Below are positions 1-10,045 of a DNA stretch of 64,000 bases, piece after piece. The stretch comes from Competibacteraceae bacterium UBA6584. GTDB taxonomy: Bacteria; Pseudomonadota; Gammaproteobacteria; Competibacterales; Competibacteraceae. The position numbers were made by a program, and so were the translations under genes. Below the pieces are notes generated by a model that saw only the letters and a list, made by a program, of their open reading frames with translations, did no database searches and was not told the origin of the DNA. The stretch spans positions 15,472 to 79,471 of the forward strand of contig DJIW01000128.1 of assembly GCA_002433805.1 (NCBI GenBank), in the 5' to 3' direction. Every line of letters begins with the position of its first letter. The first letter of the stretch is position 1.

Positions 1-287
1 GCACCTCGACCTATGAAAATCCCAAGTATCTGGAAGCCGCGCCCTTCGCCAAGCCGGTGTTGGCGGCGATTAACAGCGCCGATCCCACCGACCAAACCCT
101 CAATCCCCGGCCTTATGTCGGCATTCAGTACGTCGGCATTCCGGAGTTTCAGGCCATCGGCACCCAGGTGGGCCAAACCATCGCCGCCGTGCTGACCGGC
201 AAGATGCCGCTCGATCAGGCGCTCAAGAGCGCTCAGGCCGCCACCGCCCGCACCATGCAGCAGGCAGGATACGGCAAGGACAAATAA
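1..287 (+). CDS. smoE: Polyol (sorbitol/mannitol) ABC transporter substrate-binding protein, 3' part (truncated by window start)
   Basis: Frame open from position 3 (TSTYENPKYLEAAPFAK...PYVGIQYVGIPEFQAIGTQVGQ...AGY), typical SmoE/MtlE C-terminus; upstream of two permeases. Confidence 0.85.
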   Translation, partial: TSTYENPKYLEAAPFAKPVLAAINSADPTDQTLNPRPYVGIQYVGIPEFQAIGTQVGQTIAAVLTGKMPLDQALKSAQAATARTMQQAGYGKDK

Positions 288-306
288 TCGCGTGTAGTCC
301 GTATCG

Positions 307-341
307 ACCCCGGCTGGCCTTCCTCGGCCGCTAGCCGGGGT
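307..341 (+). other. Intergenic stem-loop after the binding-protein gene (possible mRNA stabiliser or attenuator)
   Basis: ACCCCGGCTGG (307-317) pairs with CTAGCCGGGGT (331-341) with one G-U pair; no U-tract. Confidence 0.5.
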
Positions 342-413
342 GGATGCGCCCCCGTCTCCCTGGTTCCCGCGAGGGAAAGGGCTGGATAAAAAATCTCACC
401 AGAGCATTTTTCC

Positions 414-1325
414 ATGACGACACTCGCCAAGACCTCACCCATCGCCCCCGCGGCGAAAACCAACCGCGAAGTCGACACCCGACCGTTGCTCTGGCCCTCG
501 GTCGGGGTGCTGTTTCTGTGGATGATCGTGCCGCTGGCCATGACCCTGTATTTCTCGGTCATCCGCTACAACCTGCTCAACCCGACGCTGACCGGCTTTG
601 CCGGCCTCGAAAACTACAAGTTTCTCTTCGATGACCCCGCGCTGTGGACCTCGCTGTGGAACACTCTGGTGCTGGTCGGTTCGGTTCTGATCATCACCGT
701 GGTGCTGGGCACTTTGTTCGCGGTGCTCTACAACCAGGAATTCCCCGGCCGGAGCATCGCCCGGCTGCTGGTGATCGCGCCGTTTTTCGTGATGCCCACG
801 GTCAGCGCGCTAGTCTGGAAAAACATGATGATGCATCCGGTCTACGGCCTGATCGCCTCGATTCAGAGTTCTTTGGGGATGCAGCCCACCGACTGGTTTA
901 GCGATTACCCGATGTTCTCGGTCATCGTCATCGTCGCCTGGCAGTGGGTGCCGTTCGCCTTTTTGATCCTGTTGACCGCCATCCAATCGCTGGACGCCGA
1001 ACAAAAAGAGGCGGCGCGCATCGACGGGGCCGGGCCGTTCGCCATGTTCTTCTACATCACCCTGCCGCATCTGAGCCGGGCGATTTCGGTCGTGATCATG
1101 ATCGAAACCATCTTCCTGCTGACCATCTTCGCCGAGATCTACGTCACCACCTCCGGCGGGCCGGGCACGGCGACCACCAATCTGGCCTGGCTGATTTACT
1201 CGGTCGGCCTGCTCCAGTTCGATGTCGGCTACGCCTCGGCGGGCGGGATCATCGCCGTCATTCTGGCCAATGTCGTGGCGTTTTTCCTGGTGCGGACCGT
1301 CTCCCGCAACTTACAACAAGGCTGA
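414..1325 (+). CDS. smoF: Polyol ABC transporter permease
   Basis: Multiple TM helices, EAA loop EAARIDGA; MalF-like. Confidence 0.9.
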   Translation: MTTLAKTSPIAPAAKTNREVDTRPLLWPSVGVLFLWMIVPLAMTLYFSVIRYNLLNPTLTGFAGLENYKFLFDDPALWTSLWNTLVLVGSVLIITVVLGTLFAVLYNQEFPGRSIARLLVIAPFFVMPTVSALVWKNMMMHPVYGLIASIQSSLGMQPTDWFSDYPMFSVIVIVAWQWVPFAFLILLTAIQSLDAEQKEAARIDGAGPFAMFFYITLPHLSRAISVVIMIETIFLLTIFAEIYVTTSGGPGTATTNLAWLIYSVGLLQFDVGYASAGGIIAVILANVVAFFLVRTVSRNLQQG

Positions 1326-1334
1326 GGGCTGGTC

Positions 1335-2165
1335 ATGTCCACATCCGCTCCCAATCCTCAACGCAAAACCTGGATTACCGTGCTGGCCTGGGTCATTGCC
1401 ATCCTGGTGTTCTTCCCGATTTTCTGGATGGCGCTGACCGCGTTCAAGACCGAAACCGAGGCCATCAGCACGCCGCCGTCGCTGTTGTTCGCGCCGACGC
1501 TGGAGAACTTCAACGACGTGATCGCGCGCAGCAATTACGCCCGCTTCGTCTGGAATTCGATTGCGGTGTCGTTCGGCTCCACCCTGCTGGCGCTGGCGTT
1601 CGCGATTCCCGCCGCCTACGCGATGGCGTTTTTCCCGACCAAGCGCACGCCCTCGACCTTGCTGTGGATGCTGTCCACCAAGATGATGCCGCCGGTCGGC
1701 GTGCTGATCCCGATTTACCTGCTGTTCAAGACCCTGGGCTTGCTGGACACCGTGACGGGCTTGCTCATCATCTACACCCTGATCAATCTGCCGATCGTGG
1801 TGTGGATGCTGTACACCTATTTCAAGGACGTGCCGGGCGAGATTCTGGAAGCCGGACGAGTGGACGGCGCCAAGCCGATGCAGGAGCTGTTTTTGCTGCT
1901 GCTGCCGCTGGCGGTGCCGGGCATCGCCAGCACCGGCTTGCTGTCGGTCATCCTGTCCTGGAACGAGGCGTTCTGGAGCCTCAACCTGACCAGTTCGCAG
2001 GGCGCGCCGCTCACCGCCTTCATCGCCTCGTTCTCCAGTCCGCAGGGCCTGTTCTGGGCCAAGCTTTCGGCCGCGTCCCTGATGGCCATCGCCCCGATTC
2101 TGGTGGTGGGTTGGATGAGCCAGCGGCAACTGGTGTCCGGCCTGACCTTCGGCGCCGTCAAGTAA
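1335..2165 (+). CDS. smoG: Polyol ABC transporter permease
   Basis: EAGRVDGA loop, C-terminal QRQLVSGLTFGAVK typical of SmoG/MtlG. Confidence 0.9.
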   Translation: MSTSAPNPQRKTWITVLAWVIAILVFFPIFWMALTAFKTETEAISTPPSLLFAPTLENFNDVIARSNYARFVWNSIAVSFGSTLLALAFAIPAAYAMAFFPTKRTPSTLLWMLSTKMMPPVGVLIPIYLLFKTLGLLDTVTGLLIIYTLINLPIVVWMLYTYFKDVPGEILEAGRVDGAKPMQELFLLLLPLAVPGIASTGLLSVILSWNEAFWSLNLTSSQGAPLTAFIASFSSPQGLFWAKLSAASLMAIAPILVVGWMSQRQLVSGLTFGAVK

Positions 2166-2186
2166 CCCTTTGCTAGGACATCGATC

Positions 2187-3320
2187 ATGGCTGAAGTCTT
2201 ATTGCGCAATATCAAGAAATCCTTTGGGCCGGTCGACGTGATCAAAGGCGTTGACCTCAACATCAACGACAAGGAATTCGTGGTTTTCGTCGGCCCGTCC
2301 GGCTGCGGCAAATCGACCTTGTTGCGGATGATCGCCGGTCTGGAAAGCATCTCGGACGGCGAGCTGAGCATCGACGGCCGGCGGGTCAACGATCTGTCCC
2401 CCGCCGAGCGCGGCATCGCGATGGTGTTCCAAACCTACGCGCTCTATCCGCACATGACGGTGCGCGACAACATGGGGTTCAGTCTGAAGTTGGCCAAGGT
2501 GCCGAAAGCGGAAATCGACCGCAAGGTCAACGAGGCGGCCCGCATCCTCAAGCTCGACCCGCTGCTGGATCGCAAGCCTAAAGCCTTGTCGGGCGGCCAA
2601 CGCCAGCGGGTCGCCATCGGCCGCGCCATCGTCCGCAACCCCAAGGTGTTCTTGTTCGACGAACCGCTCTCCAATCTCGACGCGGCGCTGCGGGTGCAGA
2701 TGCGCATCGAGATCGCCAGGATGCACAGCGATTTCAACGCCACCATGATTTACGTGACCCACGATCAGGTCGAGGCGATGACCATGGCCGATAAGATCGT
2801 GGTGTTGCAAGGCGGCGTGGTGGAACAGGTCGGCTCGCCGCTGGAGCTGTACCACCATCCCCGCAATCGCTTCGTCGCGGGTTTCATCGGTTCGCCGACC
2901 ATGAATTTCCTGGAGGTGACGGTCAAGGCGGTCACGCCCGAAGGTGTGACGGTGGAATTGCCCGGCGGCGATACCCTCACCGCGCCAGTCCAAGCGGGCG
3001 CGACCAAAGCCGGCGATAAGCTGACGCTGGGCGTGCGGCCCGAACATCTTCAGGAAGGCAGCGGCGATGGCCAGTTGACCGGCACGGCGCTGGTGGTGGA
3101 ACGTCTGGGCGGCGCGACTTACGCCTACGTCCGCCTCGACAGCGGCGTGATGATTACGGCGGAAGTCGACGGCAACAGCCACATCCGCGTCGACGATCAA
3201 ATTCGCCTGGGAGTGCGCAGCGAGACCTGCCATCTGTTCGGCGCGGACGGGCTGGCGCTGGCGCAATCCGCCCGCCATCCGCTGGCCGATATCAGCCGGG
3301 GCAAGTCGGGAGCGCATTAA
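2187..3320 (+). CDS. smoK: Sugar ABC transporter ATP-binding protein (MalK/SmoK family)
   Basis: Walker A GPSGCGKS, signature LSGGQRQR, Walker B FLFDEP, C-terminal TOBE region. Confidence 0.92.
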   Translation: MAEVLLRNIKKSFGPVDVIKGVDLNINDKEFVVFVGPSGCGKSTLLRMIAGLESISDGELSIDGRRVNDLSPAERGIAMVFQTYALYPHMTVRDNMGFSLKLAKVPKAEIDRKVNEAARILKLDPLLDRKPKALSGGQRQRVAIGRAIVRNPKVFLFDEPLSNLDAALRVQMRIEIARMHSDFNATMIYVTHDQVEAMTMADKIVVLQGGVVEQVGSPLELYHHPRNRFVAGFIGSPTMNFLEVTVKAVTPEGVTVELPGGDTLTAPVQAGATKAGDKLTLGVRPEHLQEGSGDGQLTGTALVVERLGGATYAYVRLDSGVMITAEVDGNSHIRVDDQIRLGVRSETCHLFGADGLALAQSARHPLADISRGKSGAH

Positions 3321-3335
3321 CCGCCGATCCTCAAA

Positions 3336-3371
3336 CCCTCCTCTCTTCTGGGAGAGGGGTTGGGGTGAGGG
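3336..3371. repeat. BoxC-like palindromic intergenic repeat
   Basis: CCCTCCTCTCTTCTGGGAGAGGGGTTGGGGTGAGGG resembles the widespread CCCTCTCCC-n-GGGAGAGGG-n-GGGGTGAGGG repeat. Confidence 0.6.
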
Positions 3372-3394
3372 TTTGTGCGATAAGGGGAAGCGAG

Positions 3395-4123
3395 ATGGCA
3401 GCAGAGTTAGCAGGCAAAGTTGCCGCCGTCACCGGGGCGGCATCCGGTATCGGACTGGCCAGCGCCGAGGCGATGCTGGCCGCCGGGGCGCGAGTGGTGC
3501 TGGTGGATCGTGACGAAGCCGCGCTGGCGACGGTCTGTAACAGGCTGGGCGATGCGGCGATTCCGCTGGTAATAGACCTGCTGGACCCCAAGGACTGCGC
3601 TTCACTGTTGCCGCAGGTGCTGGAGAAAGCGGGCCAGCTCGACATCCTGCACGCCAATGCGGGTCTTTATATCGGCGGCGATCTGGTCGATGCCGACACC
3701 GCCGCCATCGACCGGATGCTGAATTTGAATATCAACGTGGTGATGAAAAACGTCCGCGATGCGCTGCCGCATATGATCGCGCGGCGCACCGGCGACATCA
3801 TCGTCACCAGCTCGCTGGCGGCCCACTTTCCGACGCCCTGGGAGCCGGTCTATGCCTCATCGAAATGGGCCATCAACGCCTTCGTGCAAATCGTGCGCCG
3901 TCAGGTGTTCAAGCACGGCGTCCGCATCGGCTCGATTTCGCCCGGCCCGGTGATTACCTCGCTGCTGGCCGATTGGCCGGAGGAGAAACTCAAGGAAGCC
4001 AAGGAATCCGGCAGCTTGGTCGAGGCCAGCGAGATCGCCAACGTGGTGCTGTTCATGCTGACCCGGCCGCGCGGGATGACCATCCGCGATGTGGTGGTGA
4101 TGCCGACGAATTTTGATCTCTAG
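3395..4123 (+). CDS. rbtD: SDR oxidoreductase, ribitol 2-dehydrogenase-like
   Basis: TGAASGIG NAD motif, HANAG, WEPVYASSK catalytic YxxxK, TIRDVVVMPTNFDL end; ATG at 3395 after AAGGGGA. Confidence 0.8.
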   Translation: MAAELAGKVAAVTGAASGIGLASAEAMLAAGARVVLVDRDEAALATVCNRLGDAAIPLVIDLLDPKDCASLLPQVLEKAGQLDILHANAGLYIGGDLVDADTAAIDRMLNLNINVVMKNVRDALPHMIARRTGDIIVTSSLAAHFPTPWEPVYASSKWAINAFVQIVRRQVFKHGVRIGSISPGPVITSLLADWPEEKLKEAKESGSLVEASEIANVVLFMLTRPRGMTIRDVVVMPTNFDL

Positions 4124-4817
4124 GAAATCGCTTCAGTTACCGAGAAAAGATGTGGACTTGGTGATTTTCGACTGCGACGGCGTGTTGGTAGATAGCGAAA
4201 TCCTCGCCTTGCGCGTGCTGGAGCGCGAACTGGCCCGGTTGCTGCCCGACATCGACGCCGCGCCGTTGCTCCACAACACCGCCGGCATCAGCACCGCCGA
4301 CATTTTGACGATGGTGCAACAACGCACCGGCCAGACGCTGCCGCCCGGCGCGGTTCCCGCCATCATCGCCGCCATCGACCGGGCCTTGGACGAACAAGTG
4401 GAACCGATTCCGGGCGCGCGCGCCGCCATCGAACAGATACCGACGCTCAAGGCGGTGGCGTCCAACAGCTCGCTGGCCAGCGTGCGACGGTCAGTGAGGC
4501 GGGCAAGTTTGGCGGATTACTTCGGCGACCGGCTGTTCTCGGCCGAGCTGGTGGCCAATCCGAAACCGGCTCCCGATTTATACCGGTACGCCGCCGAACG
4601 CCTGGGCGTGGAGGCCAGCCGCTGCCTGGTGATTGAAGACAGCGTATCGGGCGTCCGCGCGGCGCGGGCGGCGGGCATGGCGGTCATCGGTTTCACCGGA
4701 GCCAGCCACACGCCAGCGGATCAACCGCAACGGCTGCGCGATGTGGGCGCCGCTGTCGTCCTCAACCGGATGGACACTTTACCCGCATGGGTGAACGGTT
4801 GGCCTAGCGCCGCTTAG
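4113..4817 (+). CDS. HAD-family phosphatase (HAD-IA)
   Basis: DCDGVLVDSE motif I, KPAPD, VIEDS; start codon uncertain (TTG 4113 or a later GTG). Confidence 0.85.
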   Translation: MISRKSLQLPRKDVDLVIFDCDGVLVDSEILALRVLERELARLLPDIDAAPLLHNTAGISTADILTMVQQRTGQTLPPGAVPAIIAAIDRALDEQVEPIPGARAAIEQIPTLKAVASNSSLASVRRSVRRASLADYFGDRLFSAELVANPKPAPDLYRYAAERLGVEASRCLVIEDSVSGVRAARAAGMAVIGFTGASHTPADQPQRLRDVGAAVVLNRMDTLPAWVNGWPSAA

Positions 4818-4900
4818 ATTCAGCAACCGTCCGGGCCGCTGGTTGAATCGCGGCCGGTTCGGAAACCTAAAGCATTGCTAATGGCACAGGAGTTCCGCTC

Positions 4901-6394
4901 ATGAGCGATACCCAGAACCGGCGTCTCAACCCGGCCCTGCTCGGCCAACTACCGTCCACGGTCGCCGTTCCCCGTTACGACCGTTCCAAAGTCGGCCAAG
5001 CCATCGTCCATATCGGCTTGGGCAATTTCCACCGCGCCCATCAGGCCCTGTATCTGGATGACCTGTTCAACGCTCAAGGCCCCGGCCCTTGGGGGATCTG
5101 CGGAGTCGGGCTGCTACCGCAGGACAAAACGATGGCCGAGGCGCTGCGCCCGCAGGATTTGCTCTATACCCTGGTCGAACGCGATGAAGACGTGGAGACG
5201 GTCCGGGTGATCGGCACCCAACGCGGTTATCTGCACGCCCCCAGCGAGCCGGACGCGGTGCTGGCGCGGATGGCCGACCCCGCCACCCGCATCGTGTCGA
5301 TCACCGTCACCGAGGGCGGTTATTATCTCGATCACGGCACCGGTGAACTGGATCAAAACCACCCTAACCTGCGCCACGATCTGGAAAAGCCGACTGACGC
5401 GCCGGTCTCGCTGTACGGCTATCTGGCCGAGGCGCTCAACCGCCGCCGCAAAGCCGGAACCGCGCCATTTACCGTGTTGTCCTGCGACAACCTGCAAAGC
5501 AATGGCGAACTGGCGCGGCGGATGCTGACCGGCTTTGCCCGCTTGCGCGACCCGGAATTGGGCGCATGGATTGAGGCCAACGCGGCGTTTCCCAACTGCA
5601 TGGTGGATCGGATCACGCCGGTCACCACCGACGCGCTGCGGCAACAGGTCAAAACGCTGCTGGGCGGAGTCGAGGACGCCTGGCCGGTGGTCGCCGAACC
5701 GTTCCGGCAATGGGTGGTCGAGGACACCTTCTGCAACGGCCGCCCGGATCTAGCGGTGATCGGCGTGCAGATGACCTCGGACGTGCACCCTTACGAGCTG
5801 ATGAAAATCCATCTGCTCAATGCCGGCCATCAGGCGCTGTGCCATCACGGGGTGCTGTTGGGCTACGTCACCGCCGACGAGGCGATGCGCGATGCCGACG
5901 TCCGCGCCCTGCTCAATCGCTACATGGACACCGTGCGGCCCTTGATTCACGAGCCGCCGGGCGTGAATCTGGCGGAGTACCAGCAGACCTTGCTGGCCCG
6001 CTTCGCCAATCCGGCGGTCAAGGATCAATTGTCGCGGATTGCCTTCTACGCCTCCTCCGGCATTCCCAAATTCGTCCTGCCCATCGCCCGCGAACAACTG
6101 CAAAGCGGCGGGCCGATGGAGGTGTTCGCGCTGGTGGTGGCCGGTTGGATTCGCTATCTCGGCGGCCAGGACGACGCGGGTAAGGCCATCATTCCGACCG
6201 ACCCGATGAAGGATACCCTGCAAAGCAAAGTGCGTTTCGGTGATTCCGATCCCTCGGCGTTTTTGGGGCTGCATCCCATCTTCGGCTCCGACCTGCCGCA
6301 AGCCGAACCTTTCGTCAGCGCGGTGCGCGAGGTGCTGGCCAGCCTGTACGCCAACGGAACGCGGGCCACCTTACAGCGGTATTTGCAGCGTTAA
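4901..6394 (+). CDS. mtlK: Mannitol 2-dehydrogenase / D-arabitol dehydrogenase family protein
   Basis: HIGLGNFHRAHQA, TVTEGGY, SCDN, FPNCMVDRITP, EPFRQWVVED; RBS AGGAG. Confidence 0.88.
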   Translation: MSDTQNRRLNPALLGQLPSTVAVPRYDRSKVGQAIVHIGLGNFHRAHQALYLDDLFNAQGPGPWGICGVGLLPQDKTMAEALRPQDLLYTLVERDEDVETVRVIGTQRGYLHAPSEPDAVLARMADPATRIVSITVTEGGYYLDHGTGELDQNHPNLRHDLEKPTDAPVSLYGYLAEALNRRRKAGTAPFTVLSCDNLQSNGELARRMLTGFARLRDPELGAWIEANAAFPNCMVDRITPVTTDALRQQVKTLLGGVEDAWPVVAEPFRQWVVEDTFCNGRPDLAVIGVQMTSDVHPYELMKIHLLNAGHQALCHHGVLLGYVTADEAMRDADVRALLNRYMDTVRPLIHEPPGVNLAEYQQTLLARFANPAVKDQLSRIAFYASSGIPKFVLPIAREQLQSGGPMEVFALVVAGWIRYLGGQDDAGKAIIPTDPMKDTLQSKVRFGDSDPSAFLGLHPIFGSDLPQAEPFVSAVREVLASLYANGTRATLQRYLQR

Positions 6395-6417
6395 CGCCGC
6401 AGCGCGAGGGCAGAAGC

Positions 6418-7881
6418 ATGTATCTCGGATTCGATATCGGCACGTCCGGGGTCAAGGCGGTGCTGCTGGATGAAGGCGGCGCGGTACGCCAGCAGACCAC
6501 CGCCGACCATCCGGTTTCCAACCCGCATCCCCTCTGGTCCGAGCAAGACCCTGACTCATGGTGGGAAAGCTGCCGCCGCGCGACAGCAACCCTGAAAGCG
6601 GACGGCGCGGCGCTGGACGCGGTGCGGGCGGTCGGCCTGTCCGGCCAGATGCACGGCGCGACGCTGCTGGACGCGAACCATGCGGTACTGCGGCCCTGCA
6701 TCCTGTGGAACGATGGCCGCAGTCACGCCGAATGCGCCGAACTGGAAGCCAGCCTGCCCGATTTTCGGCAACGCTGCGGCAATATGGCAATGCCCGGCTT
6801 CACCGCGCCCAAGCTGTTGTGGGTGAAAAAACATGAGCCGGAAATTTTCGCCCGCATCGCCAAGGTGTTGCTACCCAAGGATTACCTGAACTATCGGCTG
6901 ACCGGCCAGTTCGCCTCCGAGATGTCCGATGCCTCGGGCACGCTCTGGCTCGATCCGGCCAAGCGGGATTGGGATGATCGACTACTGGCCATCACCGGCC
7001 TGAATCGCTCGCACCTGCCGACGCTGCATGAAGGCTGCCAGATTGTCGGCCATCTGACCGAAGCTGCTGCGGCAGTACTGAATTTACCTCGCGTCCCCAT
7101 GGTGGCTGGGGCGGGCGACAACGCCGGTGGCGCGGTCGGGGTCGGCGTGATCGATCCCGGTCAGGGCTTTTTGTCGCTCGGCACCTCCGGCGTGTTGTTC
7201 GTGGTCAGCGCCACGCATCACGCCTGTCCCGAACGGACGGTGCACGCTTTTTGCCATTGTCTGCCGAACCGCTGGCATCAAATGTCGGTCAGCCTGTCGG
7301 CGGCCAACTCGCTGGCCTGGCTGGCGCGCACGGTGGAGCGCGAGGTCGGCGAGTTGCTGGCGCGGCTGGAAGCCAGCGGCAAGACTGAGACGCCGGTGCT
7401 GTTTCTGCCCTACTTGTCCGGCGAGCGCACTCCGCACAACGACCCGCGCGCGGTCGGCCAGTTTCATGGCCTGAGCAACGCTAGCGACCTCAACGACCTG
7501 ACATTGGCAGTGCTGGAAGGCGTTGCCTACTCGTTCTGCGACGGGTTGGACGCCTTGCGGGCGGCGGGCAGCGAGCCGCGCGAACTGGATTTAATCGGTG
7601 GCGGCGCACGGTCACAGTTCTGGCGGCAACTGCTGGCCGATGCCTTGAATCTGCCGCTGGTCTATCGCGCCGGCGGCGAGGTCGGTCCGGCGCTGGGCGC
7701 GGCGCGGCTGGCGCTGGTCGGCGCGTCGGGTGGCGATGTCGAAACCGCCATCCGCCGGGTCTGCGCCCAGCCGCTCAAACAGGAAGACCATCCGCCCCGC
7801 TCGGCCCATGCCGCGTATCACCAGGACAAACTGGAACGCTACCGTCAACTGTACGCGCTGACCAAAGCGCTACGCGCCTGA
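6418..7881 (+). CDS. xylB: Xylulokinase (FGGY kinase)
   Basis: GFDIGTSGVK, GLSGQMHG, LWNDGR, SDASGT, LPYLSGERTPHND. Confidence 0.92.
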   Translation: MYLGFDIGTSGVKAVLLDEGGAVRQQTTADHPVSNPHPLWSEQDPDSWWESCRRATATLKADGAALDAVRAVGLSGQMHGATLLDANHAVLRPCILWNDGRSHAECAELEASLPDFRQRCGNMAMPGFTAPKLLWVKKHEPEIFARIAKVLLPKDYLNYRLTGQFASEMSDASGTLWLDPAKRDWDDRLLAITGLNRSHLPTLHEGCQIVGHLTEAAAAVLNLPRVPMVAGAGDNAGGAVGVGVIDPGQGFLSLGTSGVLFVVSATHHACPERTVHAFCHCLPNRWHQMSVSLSAANSLAWLARTVEREVGELLARLEASGKTETPVLFLPYLSGERTPHNDPRAVGQFHGLSNASDLNDLTLAVLEGVAYSFCDGLDALRAAGSEPRELDLIGGGARSQFWRQLLADALNLPLVYRAGGEVGPALGAARLALVGASGGDVETAIRRVCAQPLKQEDHPPRSAHAAYHQDKLERYRQLYALTKALRA

Positions 7882-7892
7882 AGCTGAAACTT

Positions 7893-9965
7893 ATGAACGC
7901 ACCCGCGAACCTCGATCAACTGGCCGTCAACACCATCCGCACCCTGTCGATGGATGCGGTGCAAGCCGCCAACTCCGGCCATCCCGGCACGCCGATGGCG
8001 ATGGCCCCGGTCACTTATTGCCTGTGGCAGCGCTTCTTGCGCTTCGATCCCGAAGATCCGATCTGGCCCAACCGCGACCGTTTCGTACTGTCCATCGGCC
8101 ACGCCTCGATGCTGCTGTACGCCCTGCTGCACCTGACCGGCACCAAAACCGTCAACTCCGCTTACGAACGGATGGGCGAGCCAACGGTTTCGCTGGACGA
8201 CATCAAGCATTTTCGCCAGCTCGACAGTAAATGCGCAGGTCATCCTGAATACCGCTGGACTTCTGGCATCGAAACCACCACCGGCCCGCTGGGACAGGGC
8301 GTGGCGACCAGCGTCGGGATGGCGACGGCGGGCCGCTGGCTGGCCAGCCGCTACAACCGCCCCGGTTTCGAGCTGTTCGATTACGAGGTCTACGCGCTGG
8401 CGGGAGACGGCTGCATGATGGAAGGCATCACCGGCGAGGCCGCGTCGCTGGCGGGGCATCTCAAGCTGTCCAACCTGTGCTGGCTGTACGACAACAACAA
8501 AATCACCATTGAAGGCCATACCGACTGGGCGTTTAGCGAGGACGTGGCGACCCGCTTCCTCGGCTACAACTGGAACGTGCTGCGGGTCGGCGACGCAAAC
8601 GATCTGGACATGCTGGAGCGGGCGTTCCGCACCTTCAAAAACACCCGCGACCGGCCGACCCTGATCATCGTGGACAGCCACATCGCCTACGGTGCGCCGA
8701 ACAAGCAAGACACCCACGAAGCGCACGGCAGTCCGCTGGGCGAGGAAGAAATCCGCCTGACCAAGCGGCATTACGGCTGGCCGGAAGACGCCAAATTCCT
8801 GGTGCCGGACGCAGTGCTCGACCACTTCCGACAAGGCATCGGGCGGCGCGGCCGCAGCCTGCGCGACGCCTGGTTCGTCAAACTGGAGGAGTATCATCAT
8901 CAGTATCCCGATCTGGCCGACGATCTGCGACGGATGCAGAACCGCGAGCTGCCCGCCGGCTGGGACAAGGATTTGCCCGAATTTCCGCCCAGCGACGCGG
9001 GCCTGGCGGGCCGAGTGGCGTCGGGACAGGTGCTCAACACCCTGGCCCGCAACGTGCCGTGGCTGATCGGCGGCTCGGCCGATCTCGCGCCATCCACCAA
9101 CACCCGCTTGACCTTCGACGGCGCGGGCGATTACACGGCAGAGAACTATGGCGGCCGCAATTTTCACTTCGGCATCCGCGAACACGCGATGGGCGCGATT
9201 CTCAACGGAATGTCGCTGTGCAAGGTGCGGCCTTACGGCTCCGGTTTTTTGATTTTCAGCGACTACGCCCGCCCGGCGATCCGGCTCGGCGCGCTGATGG
9301 AGATTCCGGTCATTCATATCTTCACCCACGATTCCATCGGCGTGGGCGAGGATGGCCCGACCCATCAACCGGTCGAGCAATTGGCCTCGCTGCGGGCGAT
9401 TCCCGGCCTAATCGTGCTGCGCCCCGCCGACGCCAACGAAGTCGTCGAAGCCTGGCGGGTCATCATGCAGCTCCGGCACGATCCCGCCGCGCTGATCCTG
9501 ACCCGGCAGAATCTGCCGACGCTGGACCGCCGCCGTTACGCGCCCGCGTCGGGTCTGGCGAAAGGCGGTTACGTGCTCGCCGACGCCGAAGGTGGCAAAC
9601 CCGACGTGATTCTGATCGCCACCGGCAGCGAAGTGTCGCTTTGCATCGTCGCCTACGAACAGCTCAAAACCGAAGGCATCAAGGCGCGGGTGGTCAGCAT
9701 GCCGTCCTGGGAGTTGTTCGACCGGCAGGAACGGAGCTATCAGGACAGCGTGCTGCCGCCCGCCGTCACGGCCCGAATTTCGGTCGAGCAGGCGTCCACT
9801 CTCGGCTGGCGGCGCTATGTCGGCTTGCAGGGCTTGACGATTGGGATGCACACCTTCGGCGCTTCAGCGCCCCTGAAAGCCCTGCAAAATAAATTCGGCT
9901 TCACGCCCGAAAAAATCGCCGCCGCCGCGCGGGAACAGATCGCCCGAAAAGACGCTACGCTTTGA
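7893..9965 (+). CDS. tkt: Transketolase
   Basis: SGHPGTPM, TTGPLGQG, GDGCMMEG TPP motif, THDSIGVGEDGPTHQP. Confidence 0.96.
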   Translation: MNAPANLDQLAVNTIRTLSMDAVQAANSGHPGTPMAMAPVTYCLWQRFLRFDPEDPIWPNRDRFVLSIGHASMLLYALLHLTGTKTVNSAYERMGEPTVSLDDIKHFRQLDSKCAGHPEYRWTSGIETTTGPLGQGVATSVGMATAGRWLASRYNRPGFELFDYEVYALAGDGCMMEGITGEAASLAGHLKLSNLCWLYDNNKITIEGHTDWAFSEDVATRFLGYNWNVLRVGDANDLDMLERAFRTFKNTRDRPTLIIVDSHIAYGAPNKQDTHEAHGSPLGEEEIRLTKRHYGWPEDAKFLVPDAVLDHFRQGIGRRGRSLRDAWFVKLEEYHHQYPDLADDLRRMQNRELPAGWDKDLPEFPPSDAGLAGRVASGQVLNTLARNVPWLIGGSADLAPSTNTRLTFDGAGDYTAENYGGRNFHFGIREHAMGAILNGMSLCKVRPYGSGFLIFSDYARPAIRLGALMEIPVIHIFTHDSIGVGEDGPTHQPVEQLASLRAIPGLIVLRPADANEVVEAWRVIMQLRHDPAALILTRQNLPTLDRRRYAPASGLAKGGYVLADAEGGKPDVILIATGSEVSLCIVAYEQLKTEGIKARVVSMPSWELFDRQERSYQDSVLPPAVTARISVEQASTLGWRRYVGLQGLTIGMHTFGASAPLKALQNKFGFTPEKIAAAAREQIARKDATL

Positions 9966-10045
9966 GCTGAACAATCGGGGCGCTGGTTCTTTGGTCAAAA
10001 TGGGCTAAACCGAACCCGCGCGCTTTTCCACGGGAGAATGCGTGA

